In this document: in pieces, positions 59,836 to 64,000 of the stretch
Position numbering within the stretch: position 1 is the stretch's first letter
Layout: the number at the start of each line of letters is the position of its first letter
Source of the DNA: an uncultured bacterium
GTDB lineage: Bacteria > Armatimonadota > Abditibacteriia > Abditibacteriales > Abditibacteriaceae
NCBI GenBank assembly: GCA_963843795.1
Contig: CAWJLW010000006.1
Location: forward strand, 248,001 to 312,000
Direction: 5' to 3'
Length of the DNA: 64,000 nucleotides
The notes under the pieces: generated by a model
What the model was told of the DNA's origin: nothing
The model's input: only the letters and a program-made list of their open reading frames with translations
Databases searched by the model: none
Translations under genes and position numbers: made by a program

Positions 59836-60492
59836 TCAAATATTTGCAGTAGTGGATTCTTGAGCAATTATTGTTTCCGATTTACTGCCGGGTTTGCGCG
59901 CTGGGCCGCGCGCTTGCAACCAGTCGGGCACGTTATCGGGCGTATAGCTTTCGATATTCAATTCCAGCAAAGCCTCGACCCGGGGCACGCCGTAATCGAC
60001 CTGCCCTCCGCTGCGGTCTACCAACAGGCCGATGCCAACCACTTCGCCTCCGGCTTCCCGCACAGTTTCGACTACTTGTAAAACGCTGCCACCGGTTGTG
60101 ACGATATCTTCGACGACCAAAACGCGCTCGCCCGGAGACAGTTGAAAACCGCGACGCAGCACGAATCCGCGCCCTTCGTCGCCGCGCTCGGCATATACGG
60201 CGCGGCAGTTCAAATGACGAGCCGTTTCAAAAGCCAGAATTATGCCGCCGGTGACTGGCCCGACCACGCATTGAATTTCGGAATCGGCAAAGCGGCGCGC
60301 CAGTTCTGCGCACAGGCGCGAGGTAAGACGTGGCTGTTCGAGCAGGCGGAACTTTTCAACATAGCGCGCCGAATGGCGTCCGCTGGTCAGCAGAAAATGT
60401 CCATCCAAAAGCGCGCCGCTTTCGATTAAGGCCACTTCCACTTCCGAGGGCGACAAGGTCACTTCCATTTCGTTCGAATTTTTTTCTTCCAT
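59836..60492 (-). CDS. pyrE: Orotate phosphoribosyltransferase
   Basis: GHFLLTSGRHS, VVEDIVTTGGS, LVDRSGG. Confidence 0.94.
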   Translation of the reverse strand: MEEKNSNEMEVTLSPSEVEVALIESGALLDGHFLLTSGRHSARYVEKFRLLEQPRLTSRLCAELARRFADSEIQCVVGPVTGGIILAFETARHLNCRAVYAERGDEGRGFVLRRGFQLSPGERVLVVEDIVTTGGSVLQVVETVREAGGEVVGIGLLVDRSGGQVDYGVPRVEALLELNIESYTPDNVPDWLQARGPARKPGSKSETIIAQESTTANI

Positions 60493-60600
60493 TAAGCGGC
60501 TATTTTAGCAACTTGCCGCGCAGTGCGCAGGATAAAAACGACTGCTGCCTCAACAAGCGCTGCAAGTACTTGCAGAGCGCTTCTTGCTTTCTGACAAAGC

Positions 60601-60635
60601 AAAACACCGATCGCTAAGGAAGCGACCGGTGTTTT
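60601..60635 (-). terminator. Intrinsic terminator after the S8 protease gene
   Basis: aaaacaccgatcgct...agcgaccggtgtttt. Confidence 0.7.
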
Positions 60636-60649
60636 GTTGGGCTCAAGTT

Positions 60650-63600
60650 TTACGATTGCGGAGGCGTTGGAACTGTGGAAGGTCGTACGGTGAAGATTGA
60701 AGTCGCTGCAGCTTTGTTTCCGACTTTGTCGGTTGCGGTGACGATCAATCGGTAACGACCACTTTGCAGTGCACCCGCGTTCAAGCGGAAAGCCGAAGAA
60801 ATCGGCAGATTCAATTCAATCGGCGTCGCAGTAGCCACGAAAGTGCGGCCATTGAAATAACCCGGAATCGCACCCGCGCTGTTATCTCGGTAAAGCGTTG
60901 CGGTTAGCGATTGAAGAGCGCCGCTGCTATCAGAAACGCTGCCGCCCAGCGTCGGAGCAGTTCCAGTCACTAGAAACGCGCCGTTTTTCGGGTTGATAAT
61001 GGTGACGACCGGAGCCGTGTTATCAATCGTAAAGTAAAGCACTGCTGACGAAGTTTTGTTGCCCGCTTTATCGACTGCCGTCACGCGCGTTGCGTAACGC
61101 CCATCAGACAAAGCTGGCAAGCGCAGCCCGAAGTTGCCGGTTCCCGAAGCGACGATTTCGCGTTCGCTGTTGGGCGTGCTGGTGCTGAACTCGCCGCTGG
61201 AATTCAAGAATCCGGCGCTCGTGGTACGGGTAGCGAAACGGTAAACCTGCGCCGTGACTTTCAGGATGCCACTGCCGCCCGCATTATCGGCTGCCGTGCC
61301 GCTGATGCCCGCTAGTGAGCGCACGACTTGATTGGCTTCGGGCGTTTTTACAACCAGCGTCGGAGCCGTGACATCGCGTAGGCCAACTGTGAAATTGACA
61401 TTGGAAATGTTGGCTGTCGTCACTGTGAAAGTGCGCGACGAGGGCACAAAGACCGTGCCCGACAGGCTGGGCGTTACAGTGTAAACACCTGAAGCCACTG
61501 CGCTACCGAATGTATATTCGCCGCGCGCATTGGTGCGTGTCGTTTGCACCGCGGTTCCCGTGTTGCCAACGCTTAAAGTCAACACAACATTGCCCTGCGG
61601 CGTGCCGTCGGCTTTCACCACTTTGCCGCCCAAAACGTAGGTCGGGTTGCTGATGCCAGAGATGGAAATGTTGGTGTTGGTGTCGCTGAAAGTGCGGCCC
61701 AATGTGCTCAGTGCCGTAGCGCGCACTTGATATTGACCAGAAGGCAATTTGGAAACATCGAAGGGTAAAGTCCAGGGAGTGCCGTCAGTGTGATCGCTGC
61801 TTTGAATGGTGCCTATGGTCTTGTATTCGCCAGTGAGTTCGATTCCGAAGTTCAGAATCTTGCCTGTATCTTCCTGTACATCATCCAACACGCGCAGTTT
61901 GTAGGTGCCGCTCAATGGACGGTTGGCGAGGGGAAGCGTGACGTTCAAATCGAGGAACTTGTCGTCGCCGTTAGTGTGGTCGTAGATAATTTCTTCGCTG
62001 CCGTTGGGGCTGATGAGCACAACGCGCAGATCGCCAACAAAAGTGTGCTGAATCTGTACGGAAACCGTAGCCGTAGCGGGCAAACTGCGCGCTTCACCGG
62101 CGACCGCAAGCTCGGTCGTCACGCCATCGGTATTGAAGTCGGGAATCGCCAGATTGAGATTTTCTTTGCGCGCGCTTCCATACAAGCGACGGTAATCGAA
62201 AGTCAGGCTTTCGACTTGACTGTCGTTGAGCGTGGTGGCGACCACTTTGGTCGTGCCACTGAGCGAAGCGCCATCAGCGGGAGTGACCAGCGTGGTTTTA
62301 GGTGGATTGCCCAGCAAGGCCGCATAAGCGTTGACGCGGCCATAGCCGAAGAAATCGCTGTGACCGTTGCTATCGTATTTGCCTGTAGCCGGACTGATTT
62401 TGTCGGCGCTATCTTCCAAACGCTGTTGCACTTGCACATTAGTCAAAGTCGGTTCGACCGACAAAATCAGCGCTGCTACACCAGCGGCCAATGGCGTCGC
62501 CGAGGAAGTGCCACCGAATGTGTTGGTGTAATTCGCCGTCGCATTGTAACCCTTGTCGCCAGTGCGGTCGGTCGTGGTGATTGCCAGGTTGCCGCCGTTT
62601 GAAGGTGCACAAATATCAACGGTCGATCCAAAATCTGAATAAGGAGCTTTGGTGTCGAAGTCGGTCGAAGCTGCCACGCTGATGACGCGGAAATAAGAAG
62701 CCAAACCATCGAAATCAGAGTTTTCGTTGCCGTTACCCGCAGCGAATAAAATTACGCTCCCTTTGCCTGCGCGGCCACGCAGCGCCGCGTAATCGAGGCC
62801 TGCTTTGATAGTGTCGGATATGGGCTGGGGAGTGTTAAAACCGTCGGGTGGGCCAAAACTGTCGGAAAGCACATCGGCGCCGTTATCAGTGGCAAAGCGA
62901 AACGCATCGGACAGACTCGCATCGGAAATGAAACCTCCCAGCACTCGAATCGGCATAATCAAACAGTCGGGAGCCGAACCGCTCACGCCGATGCCGTTGT
63001 CGCCCTGCGCCGCTGCCACACCCGCGCACGCCGTGCCGTGATTGTCTTCATCTGTTCCCGGACTGGGATCGGTATCGTTATCAACGAAGTCATAGCCCGG
63101 AACAAGTTTGCCCGCGAAATCTTCGTGTGCCAGATCAACACCATCGTCCAAAATGGCGATGACAATGCTCGGATCACCTTTGGTGATGTCCCACGCCTTG
63201 AAAGCGCTGATGTCAGCACCCGGAGTGCCGCCTCCCTGACCGGTGTTATTTAAATGCCACTGTCGGGGCAATAGGGGATCGTTGAGTTCGGCTCGTGCTT
63301 TTAAGGAACCGCTTTGCGCTCTAACGCTTTTGGCGGCACTTTTGGCTGTTTTCGCCATCGCGCTGGCCGGAATCACGTCACGCTTTTGCCATTGGCGCAG
63401 AAAGTTGGGCTGCGCGAAAACTGCCGCACCCGATTCATATAAGCCGTTGGCTACGGCGATGGCCGAATACTTTTCTCCCACGCGCACCACATAACCGTTG
63501 GAAACCAAACCGCCCAACGGACGCACGATGCTGGCTCCGTAAGCGCCCAGCAATTGCTGAAGTTCGGTGCTTTGCACGCCCGTTTTGAAGCGCACATTAA

Positions 63601-64000
63601 TTTCGCCACTATCGACGACGGGCGCACTGCCTTGGCCGAAAGTGCGCACGGCTTTTTCGACGTTGGGCGAGCTTTCGAGACGCGCGCGCAGAGCGTTTTG
63701 CTGTGCATTGCTGGCGTTGGGATCGACCGGCACAAATAGAAAATGATTTGGTCCGTAACGCAACGTCCCGCGCGAACCGTCCAGCGCTTTTTCGCTGGTC
63801 AAACCGTTCAAAATCGCGGTTGAACTGTTGGGTTTTACCTGCACGCCAAGCCACGACGAACTACCCAAAGGCACGCGCTGACCATCGACCCAGTAATAAT
63901 TGTCGCCGCCCAGACGCGGAGCATTTTGTGCGTGGGCAGCTTGCACTCCCAAAGCACCGCCCAGCGCAAAGGCACCCAACGCTACACCCATCCACTTTTT
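60650..64000 (-). CDS. Large secreted S8 subtilisin/kexin-like protease with P-domain and Ig-like repeats (start at or beyond the window edge)
   Basis: AILDDG, HGTACAG, FAAGNG, GGTSSATP in canonical order; HTFVGDL...LISPNG P-domain; D.TAP Ig repeats. Confidence 0.92.
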   Translation of the reverse strand, partial: KKWMGVALGAFALGGALGVQAAHAQNAPRLGGDNYYWVDGQRVPLGSSSWLGVQVKPNSSTAILNGLTSEKALDGSRGTLRYGPNHFLFVPVDPNASNAQQNALRARLESSPNVEKAVRTFGQGSAPVVDSGEINVRFKTGVQSTELQQLLGAYGASIVRPLGGLVSNGYVVRVGEKYSAIAVANGLYESGAAVFAQPNFLRQWQKRDVIPASAMAKTAKSAAKSVRAQSGSLKARAELNDPLLPRQWHLNNTGQGGGTPGADISAFKAWDITKGDPSIVIAILDDGVDLAHEDFAGKLVPGYDFVDNDTDPSPGTDEDNHGTACAGVAAAQGDNGIGVSGSAPDCLIMPIRVLGGFISDASLSDAFRFATDNGADVLSDSFGPPDGFNTPQPISDTIKAGLDYAALRGRAGKGSVILFAAGNGNENSDFDGLASYFRVISVAASTDFDTKAPYSDFGSTVDICAPSNGGNLAITTTDRTGDKGYNATANYTNTFGGTSSATPLAAGVAALILSVEPTLTNVQVQQRLEDSADKISPATGKYDSNGHSDFFGYGRVNAYAALLGNPPKTTLVTPADGASLSGTTKVVATTLNDSQVESLTFDYRRLYGSARKENLNLAIPDFNTDGVTTELAVAGEARSLPATATVSVQIQHTFVGDLRVVLISPNGSEEIIYDHTNGDDKFLDLNVTLPLANRPLSGTYKLRVLDDVQEDTGKILNFGIELTGEYKTIGTIQSSDHTDGTPWTLPFDVSKLPSGQYQVRATALSTLGRTFSDTNTNISISGISNPTYVLGGKVVKADGTPQGNVVLTLSVGNTGTAVQTTRTNARGEYTFGSAVASGVYTVTPSLSGTVFVPSSRTFTVTTANISNVNFTVGLRDVTAPTLVVKTPEANQVVRSLAGISGTAADNAGGSGILKVTAQVYRFATRTTSAGFLNSSGEFSTSTPNSEREIVASGTGNFGLRLPALSDGRYATRVTAVDKAGNKTSSAVLYFTIDNTAPVVTIINPKNGAFLVTGTAPTLGGSVSDSSGALQSLTATLYRDNSAGAIPGYFNGRTFVATATPIELNLPISSAFRLNAGALQSGRYRLIVTATDKVGNKAAATSIFTVRPSTVPTPPQS

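Noticed and set aside
1245..60573. Palindrome copies as a CRISPR array, integron attC sites or REP/MITE elements
   Set aside because: Spacing is irregular (tens of bp to several kb), only 12-18 bp are shared, and copies occur inside core genes. There are no GTTRRRY/RYYYAAC ends, no GTAG foot, no evident target duplications and no cas, integrase or transposase gene in the window.

Overview
A 64-kb bacterial chromosomal segment of mostly housekeeping, stress and secreted-enzyme genes. It includes mqo, class II ribonucleotide reductase nrdJ, tRNA-Gln and tRNA-Cys, sodA, prmA-rsmE, T-box-controlled ilvBN, coaD, kdsA, thiD, a 3207-aa cyclic beta-1,2-glucan synthase, GH51, a DUF1559 pilin-like protein, an SLH protein, pyrE and a large S8 protease. 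This gene mix suggests a diderm Armatimonadota/Abditibacteriota-like organism (inference). I see no transposase, integrase, phage gene or CRISPR array. Three signals stand out. (1) The 12-bp palindrome GCAAGTACTTGC occurs at least 45 times by manual count (about 1 per 1.4 kb, against about 0.004 expected by chance). 16 copies lie inside genes in all three frames, and 29 are intergenic, where the motif is often the apex of 24-52-bp perfect palindromes with unique arms. It behaves like a HIP1/DNA-uptake-type genome-wide signature with a sequence I do not recognise. (2) nrdJ has its C-terminal Cys-rich zinc-ribbon domain in the -1 frame, behind an A_AAA_AAA heptamer with an upstream SD-like sequence and a strong hairpin 6 nt downstream, a candidate programmed -1 frameshift. 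(3) A two-gene module encodes a frameshifted subtilase-like protein whose HGT motif lies out of canonical order. All counts and coordinates were made by eye.
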